Positions 1 to 12,200 of a stretch of 63,255 bases of DNA are shown piece after piece. The DNA lies in contig JWZX01003271.1 in assembly GCA_001275005.1 (NCBI GenBank), forward strand, positions 1-63,255, in the 5' to 3' direction. The notes below the pieces were generated by a model. The model was not told the origin of the DNA. It searched no databases and worked only from the letters and a program-made list of their open reading frames with translations. The DNA comes from Chrysochromulina tobinii. Taxonomy: Eukaryota. The position numbers and the translations under genes were made by a program. How positions within the stretch are numbered: position 1 is the stretch's first letter; each line of letters opens with the position of its first letter.

Positions 1-259
1 TGAACGTCTTGTTGCCGTGGTTGCGGTTGTTGTTCGTCAGGCGCCACTCGAGCTTCAACGCGGGGTAATCCGCCGGCATGATGTATGTGGTCGGGAAGAA
101 TTTGTACGGCTTGCCGCACGCGAGGAGCATCTTGTTGAGGTTGCGCGCGGTGCCCGCCTTGCGCACCAGCTCAAGCATGCCCGGGAAGTGGTTGATCTTC
201 TGCATGCGCCCCAGCTGGCCCACACGCTTGTTGGTCACCGCCCGGTCTGTCCAGCACAA
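1..259 (-). pseudogene. Fragment of a TTLL6/TTLL13-like tubulin polyglutamylase; 5' part cut off by the retroelement, 3' part runs off the window
   Basis: Manual minus-strand translation gives LCWTDRAVTNKRVGQLGRMQKINHFPGMLELVRKAGTARNLNKMLLACGKPYKFFPTTYIMPADY...KTF, the conserved N-terminal TTL-domain motif (WTD...QKINHFPGM...RK..ARN...FFP.T...PAD). Not in the ORF track. Confidence 0.85.
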
Positions 260-260
260 C

Positions 261-3200
261 GGTAGCGGCGACGGTAGCGCAGGTACTAACGACCGCGGCG
301 AGGACGGGGGCAGCGGCGACGAAGGCGAGGAGGGCGGATGCGGCGGCAGCAACGGCAACGGCCGCGCCGGTGGCGGCGCCAACATCACGTTCGGCTGCGC
401 CAGCGGCCGCGACGGCGGCGGCGACTACAGGTACGGAGGCGGCGGCGGCGACGGCAGTCGCAGCGCAACGGGTGCGGACGACGCGGGCGCAGGTGGGCGA
501 GGCACGAGCGCGAACAACGGCGAGAGCGACGGCGGCGGCGATGATCGCGGACGCGCCAAAACCCCGAGACGGACGGAGAAAAGGGTTGGCATCCTCCGGA
601 CACTACTCACATTGATGCAACTGGCGGCGGTAGAGATCGGCAACCCGAGGACGCACCGTACACCTCGACGCCCATCCCGCCCACAGGCAGACCAGCACAC
701 CGGGACGCCGGAACGGGCGGCCGCACGGGTCGCGGCGCCGATGGCGATATGGACGGAAGACGGCGGGTCCTACAGGGGAGACGACCGGGGCATCGGGGGC
801 GATGGCCAAGGCGGGCGGGGCGCCGACGACAGCGACCAACACGACGGCGACCGGGGACACGGAGGCGGGGGGTGGCTGGCCACGGTGATCGCACAGATGC
901 TACGCCATCGCCAAGAATCACGGCGTCGCACGAGTATCCTCAACATGGTCGCCCTTAACATTGCCCTATGGCACGGGGCAGCGACGTGGGCGGCGCGAGC
1001 GACGATGGCGGACGTGTACGCATGGGCCATTCGCGCCCCCGCGCATGTGCTGGTGCTCGGCACGGACCCAAGCGGCACCCGCGCGCTGGAACGCGCGGTC
1101 CAAGCGTGGAGGACAGCGACCGCGCAAGCATGCGACGGCGAAGGGGCGCTCATCATCACGGCGACGAGGATAGGGCTAAACGGACCATGGCAGGCAATCT
1201 TCGCGCCCAAGGACGCGGACGCCCACTCCCTCCTGCGCCTCGTGCGACAGGGCGTCACTCTCAGCCGGACGGAGGCGATCGCACAGCTAGCACCGGTCCG
1301 ACACGCTGTCGGCACGGCGCCCGCCATCACATTCATACCCCGCCTCGCTGCAGCGGCGCCATCCGGCGCAGGGCCATCGGGAAACGAACCGACCATGACG
1401 GCCAACGCAAAGGGGAAGCTGCCAGTGCGCCAATCGCGCGATCACCCGCGGGAAGGGCCGGCGGACCCGACGGCCGGACGACGGACAGCCTCTGAAGTTG
1501 CTTGGGCCACGCGGACTATGCAGGAAGAAGGGTACACCGTCACGGGGGGCATCCGACCCCAGGACGCGCGAGCCCTCGCCCGATACGTGTCGACAGGCAC
1601 CGACGACACCGAGCACGCCATGCGCTTCGACGAAGCGGCGATACGAGCGTACATCCAAGAAGTGGGGGGCGGACACGCGGACGATGCGTACACGACCGCA
1701 ATGCTGAAGCGGGCCTTCGCAGAACATGTCCGGCTGCGGCGCGGCGTCGAGTACGCCCACGGGCTCACCCGAGCGTACCTCACGGGTGGGGACACGACGG
1801 CAGACGAACCACAACACGTATGGCCGTTTGACGGCGTCCAATTACGCAGCGATCCGGGGGCGCGTCGACACCACTGCGAATGGGCAGAGGGCGCTACGGG
1901 CACGGTCATACGAAGCGCCGCGCGGGGTGACTGGACAGTGCGCCTCGACGGCACCGGCGCCAGTTACGAGGTGGACGTCCCGGGAACGGCGGTGCACCTA
2001 CTCACAGCGCGTGGATACTCAGCGGGGGACGTGGCCATCGCAGCGCGCGTGATCGGTACGGATCGAACCGCGACCGGGGCATCCGAGTCGACACACACAC
2101 ATAACGCCGTGCTACTCCTGCAGCGCACTCACAACAACGGGGGGAAGGACGTGGCCACATGGACAGCGTATCGCGGGGAAGACATGGCGACGGTGACGGT
2201 TTCGGAGGCCGACCTTCGGCGGGCACCATGGCAGGCGCGATCACGAGAACGCCCGGAAGACTCACCCAAGGGCGGGGAAGCGCTTGTGGCGATGGCGCAG
2301 CGGGCCTATGCAATCACCGGGGAGTGGGGAGAGGATGCGATCACACATATGCGGAGTGCCGCGAGGGGCAAAGGCCTCGCGATCAGCGACTCCGAGGCCA
2401 AGGCGGCGCTCGCGGAAGCGCGGCGCCGATGGCAAGGGGGCCACTCCTGCGCCCGCATGGTCACACTCAACCACGGGGGGATCGTCATGAGACTTCGAGA
2501 AGCAACAGCGGCGACGCCCGGTGTACGCAGAATGGCGACGGCGTCGGACAGCCAAGACACAGCCGCATTGTCCTGGGAGGCCGACGCCCGGCTCTGGAGG
2601 ACGATGCACACCCTTGCCGCCAACAATGACATCGTCATCCTCCAGGAAACACACCTCCCGGAACGGGATCCGGAAGGGCTCAGCTCGCGCGTCAAGCAAG
2701 CGCTCACATGCGGAGAATTCTCGGGGTGGAACGTAGCCGAGTCACCCGCACCCGAGGATGACACATTCGCGGGCATCTTGATGTGGTGGAACGCGGCGAC
2801 GGTGGAGCTGACGGGCATCGAGGTACTCGTGCCGGGACGGCTGCAGCGAGCACGGGTACGCATACGCGCGGACGGCACGGAGCTGTTGGTCGTGAACGCA
2901 TACGTCCCCACGAGACGTGGCAATCCGAACGCACGACAGGCCGCCGTGCTAGAATCCGTCCGGGCGCACATACAAAATGCAATTGACAAGGCCGACGAGG
3001 ACGGCGACGAGATCGCGATTGGAGGCGACCTGCAAGCACAGTCCACGGACGCACTCGACGCGCGCAAGGTCACCGGCAGCAACGAGTACAACGCATGGCT
3101 GGACGCGCTGTGCGCGGACAATTGCCTCGTGAGCGTCGGAGACGACGACCCCACATATAGCGCGGGAGCAGGAGGGCCGCAGACTACCATCGACCACTGG

Positions 3201-6200
3201 CTCGTCAGCTCGGGCCTGACCAGCAGGTCAACCGCGGAAGTGGGGGCCGGTGCGGACGGGCTTGCGGGGGACACGGCAGGCGCACACGGGCACCACTCAC
3301 TCCAGCTCAGCCTCGCGCTGCGCACCGCCGACGCTGAGGAGATGGAAGAAGAGTGGGAACGGCGGGAACCGCAGGTACCGCCTATGGACGAGGACGAATG
3401 GAGCGTCTTCCACGCGAAGGAAGAAGACACAGCGAGGGAGGCGGTGGACACAGCCGACAACGAGCACCGAAAGGAGGTCGAACACAAAGGAATCGGATCG
3501 TTCGGGCTGGCGGCGCGTAGACTGGGGGCCATCGAGGGGGCGCTCAAGGGCCTGGTGTCCGACATACAAGACCTGAGCAGCAAAACGGGTCCCCAACAGG
3601 GCACCAAAATCGGGCGCTTGCACGCGCGGATGCTCAGATGGCGCAGATGGCTACGCATCTGCGACGGCTCGAAGTACTTCCCCGACACGCACCCGATGTT
3701 CCGAACGGACAACTGCGCTGACGTCCTCGGGGACGCGCCAGAGCGCGACGAGTCGGTGCGCAGCGCCATACGAAGCTCGACTCCCGGGGTGCCGCGGCGG
3801 AATGCACTACGGGAGGCGTGCCGCCGCAGGTTCTTACATGCGCGAGACAAGTACGAGAGCGCGGTGACCGCCGGAGCGGTGGACACGGACAGGGTACGTA
3901 CTCGCCTCCTTGAGGACATCAGAAAAGCGGTCGAAGACGGGCGCGACCCGCGGTGGGAATGCTTCCGAGCGGTCGGTAGGGCGAAGGCGGCGCTCGCAGG
4001 CAAACGGACCGCGCCGAGACTGGATCAACCGGGCATGCGCACTATTAAACGCACGGGCGCCACCGTAGCGGAGACGGGCACGGGGCCGGTGCTGCACGCG
4101 ATCCACGACGAAAGCGTCGTCATGCACCAGGAGAGAGGGGCGAGCGCGGCGGGCGCCTTGATCGCGCAAGAGCGCATGGCGGCTGCAGGGCTGCCGGCAC
4201 CGTGGCCACACACGGTACACGAGCGGCGGGAAGACGCGGAAGTCGCAGCGGCAGATGAAGCGCGCGCGATGCACGAGGAGCGCTTGCGAGCAGCGTGGGC
4301 ACAATGGCACGCGGACACGGCGGTGGCGCCGGACGCGACATACGACCCGTGGGAAGCGATCCACACGGCATCATACCCGCCTCTCGTCGACGCCTTGAGG
4401 AAGGAGATGACGATACTCATCACAAACGACGGCATCGATCGCGGCCTCCAACGCTTCAGGGCACGACAGGGGGTCGGGGTGGGTGGATTCTCGGGCATAT
4501 GGGTGGCCCGTGCCAGCGACGCCACGCGACAACGCTACGCGACGGCACTAAGAGACATCGCCGCAGACGTACTCGTCGCCGCCGACGCGCTGGAACGTGC
4601 ACGCAACCCACAGGAAAGACGCGTCGCCGTGGAACTGATACGCGCGGCGGCGCCGCCAGGGTGGACACAGTGGATTATTATGCTCCTCACCAAACCCGGC
4701 AAAGCGCTGGACGTGCTCAGCAAGAGACGGGACATCTGCCTGCAGCCGCACTCGCTCAAGCTGTGCGCAAACGCGGTGGCATCCCACTACGTGGAGCTCC
4801 AGGAGCACGTCCAGCCGGAGGCGAACACTGGATTTCGGGAACGCGGAGCGGCAACGACCACGGCCCTTTGGCTAGGCCTAACCAAGGAAGAGGCGGCGTC
4901 GGAACGGAAGGGGTGGTACTGCGGCTTCGTCGACAAAGGGGGCTTCTTCCAGTCCTGCGTGCGACGAGCCCAGAGGGTCGTCGAAGCACGATTCGGCGTG
5001 CCAACTTCGGTCACCAACCTCATCATGGCTATCCATGAGGCACTCGTGGTCCGCTATGATTCGGGGATGGGAATCACCCACGGCACGGAATCCCACGTGG
5101 GCAACGGTCAGGGCGACTCTATCGCGCCCATGCGGAGTATGATACCACTCGCCATAGAGACGCGCGCGGTTGAGTGGCTCGTAGCGGGGTTTCAGTTCGC
5201 GGCCCCACGTGGTGTCCAACGCACTCGCACTCCACAAGGATGGTTCGCGGACGACGGCGCCTTCGTCGTGGACTCCCTCCGCGCCCTCCAACAGGCTTTC
5301 ACGGTTAGCTCGGCAATGGCGCGCGTCCTGGGATTCACCGTCGGAATCGACGTCGACGCTAAAGGCGTCCCGACGGGCGACAAAACCGGATGGATGGGCA
5401 GCGAGTGGCGCGACGGCCAGTGGGTGGAGGCGGGCGATGCAGTGACCATACGACTCATCGACGGCAGAGCGGTGCCGAGGGTGCAAGGTTACTACAAACA
5501 CCTCGGAATCCGGCAAACGCCCAAAGCCGACTGGGCGGTAGCCCGACAGGTGGTCACGCATCGGTGCGGGGGCATCGCAAGTGCGCTCTCACGCCTCGGC
5601 GTCCTCACGGCGGAGGAATTCATTGACACGGTGGACGCCGCAACCACCACGGTCGTCGCGTACTACGGCGCCGCATTCCCGATAGGCAGAAAGGCGTGCG
5701 AAACGATCGACGTGGCCAAACGACGCGGGCTCGCGCGCATGGGGCACGCAGGAGAACGCACATCCCGATGGCTCGCGCACGCGCCGCGACCGCTCGGACT
5801 CGGCATGGCCATCACGTGGGCACACGCGGCCGCGGCGCTCGTGGTGGAAGTGGACCGGGCCATCAACATGCCCGAGACGGCTCCGGCGCACGTGGCCGTC
5901 ACGAGCAGATTGGCCAAGGAGTTCTGGAGGTGGGGGTGGCGACCCTCTACGGGGGCACAAGTGCCGCTTGCATGGAACCCGACGTGGATCCACGACACGC
6001 TCACGGAGGAAGGCATCATTGAAGCGTGGCAGCTCTATCTGCAGACCGCCAAAGTGCGCACGAGCTCGAGTACCACCGGAAACGGATGCGCCGACGCACT
6101 CGCGCCTAACTACCGACTACCGGACGACCCCCTAGGCGCGGACGCTCCGATCTGGGAAAGAGAAGGGCGTACATACGGCAGGCGCCTGGCCAGACTTGGC

Positions 6201-9200
6201 GGCACCCTGCGCAGGCACTTTCTCGCCGACGACGGCGGATGGCGCAGCGAAAAGGAACTGGGCGAATATCTGGGCCGCGGAGGGCGCATCGTCGGGGGAC
6301 GCAGGATCGGAGCGAAACTTACGACGGCGGAGGCTCAAGAGTACCGCACCCTGCTGCAACAACTACACCCGGACGAGAACGAATGGGCATCGGATCAACG
6401 CCCGGGACCACGGGAGCGGCCAGCCGAAGTGCACGCCGTCGAGGTCCTCAGCGCGGGGGGCAATGAGTATCGCGGCACGGAGTATCTTCTCGAATACAAC
6501 GACGGCACCGTGCGATGGGAACGGCGCCCCAGGGCCATGGCACCGGGGCTGACAAGAAAGATGCGCGCGGCACGGGCACAGCACCTCGAGGAAGGGGAGC
6601 TCACCATTGCGCAACACATCGAGGGACGGCTCGGGGGCACACGCGGCGCACTGTGGCTCGCAACGAAAGCACCGCTATCGGTCGGAGCGCGCCACGTCCA
6701 GGACATCCTCGCCGAGGCGGCCAAGGAACTCGGGGAAGGATGGTTTCGACCCCCGATCGTCGCCGAGCGCACAGCGGCGCGCATGGGGCCTGGAACCGGC
6801 AACGCCCAAGGCGCGCGACTCGCAGCAACGGAGGCTCACGCGGCCGCGGCACGCGCGGACGGGGCGACGGCAGACGGGTCCGAGACGCCGGGCGCACGCG
6901 CCGCCCTCGCGGAAAAGGCAGAGGCCGCGTGGGCGTGGGCAGCAGTGATGGACGTTTACGCAACATCCCTTGAAGCGCCCGCAAACGAAAGGGATGCACG
7001 ACAACAATCCGTGGACAGGGCGTACGCGGAATGGATAGCGGCCTCGGCACGGGCGGCGACAGGGGCAACGGCGCAGGCGGTGATCGAATGGGCGCAGGCG
7101 CTCCCGGAACACGATATGGCGGCCGACACGAACGCCGAGGGCGCATACGCAGCGGCGGAGGCGGACGAGCGATCCCCGGCCAAAAGGTTTCGACCTAGCG
7201 CGCGGCCGGAATGCTTCATGGGATCAGTCGGGCCGGGGGGCGCGGATGGACGCAAACGAAGGCAGCCGTCCCTGGAGCTCTCCGAGGCACAACGGCAAGC
7301 CGCGGGCTCACTACCCCAGTGCATGCCCATACCTGAGGAGAACGACATGGAACAGGACCCGAGGGTGGCGTGGGACGGCACGTGGCGCCAGTGCGGGATG
7401 CACGTGGAACGGGTGGAACGCATGTGGAACATCGCACCGAGGCGGCTGGGATGGAAGCTCACCAGTGAGCAGCTAACGCAGATACAGCGCCAACACGACG
7501 CCGCCCTCGTACGCAAGGCCGCGACCCGCAGGACGCACCACACCAGCGACGCTCACCCAATCGCCGGGACACTGGCGGAAGAGACGCCGACTGCCGAGCA
7601 CGATTCGAGTGCACCCGCGTACGGCACGAACCATCGACAACGACAAATGGCGGAAGCCATGGCCGCAGAGGAGCGCGCGGACGACGCGGCGGACGCCGCG
7701 CTCGAGGACGAGTGGGGGATGACCGATTGGAGCGCGGCGGAGATTGAGGCCGCGGAGCGCGACGCCGCTGCCACAGGCTCGATGGACGACGACACGAGGG
7801 ATGGGTGGGACGCCATAGCGGCCATGGAGGCGTACGAAGACGCGGAGACCGCTGCAGAAGCGTATCTTCGCGAGGATACGGCGGCTCCCCACGGCCGCGA
7901 ACGGGCAGACGGCTTGACCGACGCGCAGCAACGGCACATCGCGACACAACGCGTCCTGGCCCTCGAACGCAAACAGAGACGCGAGGCGGAGGAGTCCCAA
8001 AGCAACGCCGACGCCCTCGCCGCCAAGACGGCGGAGGCGGAGCAGGAATGGCGGCACAGGAAAGCAGAGGCCCTGGAAGCACGACAAGCCGCGAATGCTC
8101 GCATGCTGGCCTCGGAGGGCGCACGCACGCTGAGCTGGGCAACGAACTATCAAGAGGCGTCCTCCAAGGACATGGAGCGTAACGCGGCGGCACGACGCGT
8201 TGATCTCGCACGAGCGGCGGAACAGACGGCCCGCGATGCGTGCGCCCACCTGACGGGAGAGACGACACGGCGCCTTCAAAAGGCGCGCGCAGAGCTCGCG
8301 CGCCTGAAAGGGACTGACGGTGACGAAGCGGGCATCACGGACGCGGAACGAGCCGCCCTCGAACAGGACGAAAGGGAGGACGAGGCGCTACGCGAGACCG
8401 CGCGGCAACAGGCCGCGGCACAAGTTGCAGCGGCGCAGGCCGACCGCGCGAAGCGCGCGAGCGTTGCGGAAACGGCGGACAGACTCAGAGCCGCGCGGGA
8501 AGCAACGACGGAAGCGCTCCACGCAATTAACGGGTCCGAGGCACACGCAAAAAGGCGCGAACGGCAGGAGGGGGAGCGGGCGGAGGAGGAAGCGCGGTAC
8601 GCGCACGTCGAGTACTGGGACACGCTCACGCCGGAGCAGCGAGCGGCAATCCTCGCGAGCCCGACGCTGCGCCTCTGCGTGCGACACCGGGAAATGGAGC
8701 AACGGGAGTCGATGCGCGCCACGGATAGCCGAATCGACATCAGCATGGAGCCCAAGGAGCGCCGCAACATGGACACGGCGCATACGAAACGCGCCGCGGC
8801 CATCGGGCTCGCCATCGAACGACGGTACGGAATAAGGTACGCGTACGCGGTGGACGGCAGCAAGGACGACGCGGAGGCGTGGGGGGAGCACGCGACCGGC
8901 GAACGAGCGGCGGCCTGGGGGGCATGGGACGGGATCACGGCATACGGTGGCGCGCTTCCTCCGGGCACGGGTAACCAGGAAGCCGAACTTTATGCGATTG
9001 AACGTGTCCTGGCACGGCACACGCGGGGCGATCGGATCCTCCTAATGTGCGACTGTCAAGCGGCGCTTGCGTTGATTGAGGCCGCATGGCGAAGCGGCAG
9101 GGCGGGCACGGGGAGCCCCGCGACCGGCAAAACGGGGGGCCTATTGGTCGAAGCGATCATACGGCACCGCCTGCGCATCACGAGCAGAGAAAGGGACGAC

Positions 9201-12200
9201 ACGCCCAGAGGGTGCGTCTGCTTCATGTGGGTCAAAGCTCATGGCGGCGGGGTGGTGCCGAACGCATACGCGGACGCGATCGCCAAGTCATGCCTCACCG
9301 CGGAGGTGGACTACGCCACCGTGGACGACCCATACCGCGCCTTGCCACGGGCGTGCCTCTATATGGCTCAGCCCGAGCCACGAGACGACACATGGGAAAT
9401 GGGGAACCGGCGGTTCTCATGCATCACCGCGGACCGATCCCTCCGCAACCTCATCATCGACGGCATCACGAGACAGGTCATCGCACAACTACCTCGGCAG
9501 TCGCACGCGAAGTGCGACGAGCGCGTAGTCGCGGCGGCGACGTGCACGGGGGGGCGACCTGCGGGAGCGACTACAGGCGCCGGACCGAAACATGGCATGA
9601 CGGAACCGACGGGGACCGGTCGCGCGATGCGACTGCGCTCCGACGACCTACGACAACGTCACGACGAATGCCCACTGTGCAAGGAGCAGGGGCCACATGA
9701 GGGGGTGCACGTCCTGAGGTGCGCCGGGATCCCTCCAGAACACAGAGACGCAGCCGTGACGCAAATGGTGGCCGCGCTCGCCGCGGCCGCGGACTCGCTA
9801 CCGTCGGGGAACCGGCGGGCACCCGCGGAGAACACGCTACAGGCGTGGCGAGAGGCGGCACATCGCGCCGGACAATACGGAGCAGTGGCGGCGCTCGGGC
9901 AGCCACCGACTGGTGAGGAGACCCGCGCACCTCAAAACGCACGCGAGTGGGCGAGATCTGGATGGCGACGAAAGGGCGATCTGTACGAACTCGACCTGCA
10001 CAGCGAGACGGAGAAGGCGGACTGGAGGATCGCGGTGTGGGGCGCCATAGCAGTTCGCAGCGCATACGCGTCCGCCGCCAAGGCGGCCAGCGCGGAACAC
10101 GCCACCGCAGAAGTGAAACAGGCGTGCGAAGAGGCCACACGGCGACTGGAGGACGGTCCCCTCGGTTCGGCGAGTCGCGCCGCGGGGGACGCGGCGGTGG
10201 ACGAACACACAGACGCGCCCCACATCACCCCCAGGACGGACGGGGGAGGCATCGGAGCAGTCCGCCTGCGCTTCACACAGCTCCAACCGCACCACCTCGC
10301 ACACACGCGTGACTGGACAGAGCGCCGCTCGTGGCTGCCCGCGGCGCGCGCAAAGGCCGGGACGACAGCCTGGTCCGCGCATGCACACAGGGGCTTCAGA
10401 TCGGAGGGTGGGGCAGCAGGACGGAAGGAGGAACAGGCGGTAGCCGTGGACGCTCAGGATGCAGTATACAAAATCGCGGCTCCAGCGGCGTGGCCGTGGC
10501 TGGTGGAGTACGAAATGGACGGATACGAAGCGACGCGACCGGACGGGACGGAGGGGGCGCGCACACTCACCACCCTCCGACTCGGACACGCGGAAGGCGC
10601 CAACACAGTGATCGTCAGCACGAGATACGTCCGGGCAAACGGCCAACGCTACCAGGACGGGGGAAACGCGATCACTATAGAGACAGAACTCATGGGGGAC
10701 GCAGACGGGAAAGGCATGCGAGCCATGTTCTGGGACATCGCCCTCGGAGGTCATGAAACGACGCACGGGGCACAGGCGACGGTACGGCGAGCCGCGGCTG
10801 CCGCCGCTTCCAGGTGCCTAGGGGACGCGGACGGCACGCAATGGCGCGCCCTCCGATGCGCGATGGGCGGGGAAATCCCGCCCCCCACAATTTGCGAACG
10901 CATGGAGGCGATACGGGCCCGAAAAGCGGCGGGCGACGCCGCGGCGACCGCGGCTGAGGCCCGCACGAGAGCTGCACTCAACGACGCCCAACACGAACAG
11001 GACCCCACCCCCGCACCGACACGTATCACCAATGGGGCGGAGCGACTGCGGAAGGCGGCGGCGGAGCTCGGGGTCCACGTCGACGCCCCCCGCCAGGCGC
11101 TGCGACGCGCCTACCTCCGGGAGGCTCTAGATGCACACCCAGACAAGGGGGGCAGCGACCTTGCCTTCCAGAAGCTGCGCGAGGCGTTTCAGGAACTGGA
11201 AGGCGCGACGGAGGAAGCGCGCCAGGGTGCCGCGCAGGAGATCCGAGACGGACACGACACGGCGGAGCGGACCCGACACGACGCGAGGCAGGGCACCGAA
11301 CGGGCGGAAGCGCGACTATCGGACGTGATTGCGAAGGCTCGGGCGGCCGCGGCCCAATGTGCGGAGGCCGAGTGGGTCCCGACATGGAAAGCCACGGCAC
11401 AACACCTCCGAGATGCCGGCGGGGCATTCATGCTACTATGGACGCGATACCAAGGATGCGTGATCCGGCATCTGAACGCGCTCGCACGCGAAGTACCTGG
11501 GGCGAATTACAGGACGCATGGAGAACGCCAAGCAGCGGCGGCCGTGGTACGTCGAGCCGAGCAACGCCACGCGAGAGAGTGCGCGAAACAACAAGCGGTG
11601 GACGAAATGCGACGGGCTGAACAACGAGTGCTACACGAGCGCAGAAAAGCGGCGGAGGCGGCGGCGGACTTACTCAGACGCCAGGGCGCGCTGGCGTACG
11701 CTGAGGCTGCGCGCCTGGATGGCGCCACCCTCACACAAGACTACCGCGTCAAACTCCCGTGGGCCATGTGGCCGAAGGAAGCGGAAAGCGAACGGTACGA
11801 ACTGTACGAGATCGCAGAGATCGACACCGAATGCACATACGTGGTGCTGGAGCGCACCGGCGCGAGCTATGCCGAGAGGCGGCGACCGATCCGCAAGGGA
11901 GCTCGACCTCACTGGAACCGCTTCACGGTCGACTGGGATTGCTTCACCGGCGTCCGACGATACGGAACAAATCAGCGGGGCGTCATCATCGTACACGAAG
12001 ACGCGACGGAAGGGACGTCGGCAGAGGATGAGGGCACAGACGAGGAGGAGCGCCAGCAACAAGGACTCGAGGCACGAAGAGCGGCGCACCGCGCGGCGCG
12101 CCTGATGGGGATAGCCCGCGCGACCGACCGCGACGCCGCGAAGCTGCTACATGAGGAGGAACAACTGGGGCGGGGACACACGGCAGCGGAGGACGCGTTA

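Noticed and set aside
78..259. Start of the 4802-aa ORF at 78
   Set aside because: This stretch is the antisense strand of the TTLL fragment and is merely open in frame with the element.
10530..10640. Restriction-like endonuclease (RPD motif), which would make the element Dualen-like
   Set aside because: RPD is far from the CCHC knuckle and lacks the following hydrophobic strand and D/E-x-K. A profile search is needed to exclude it fully.
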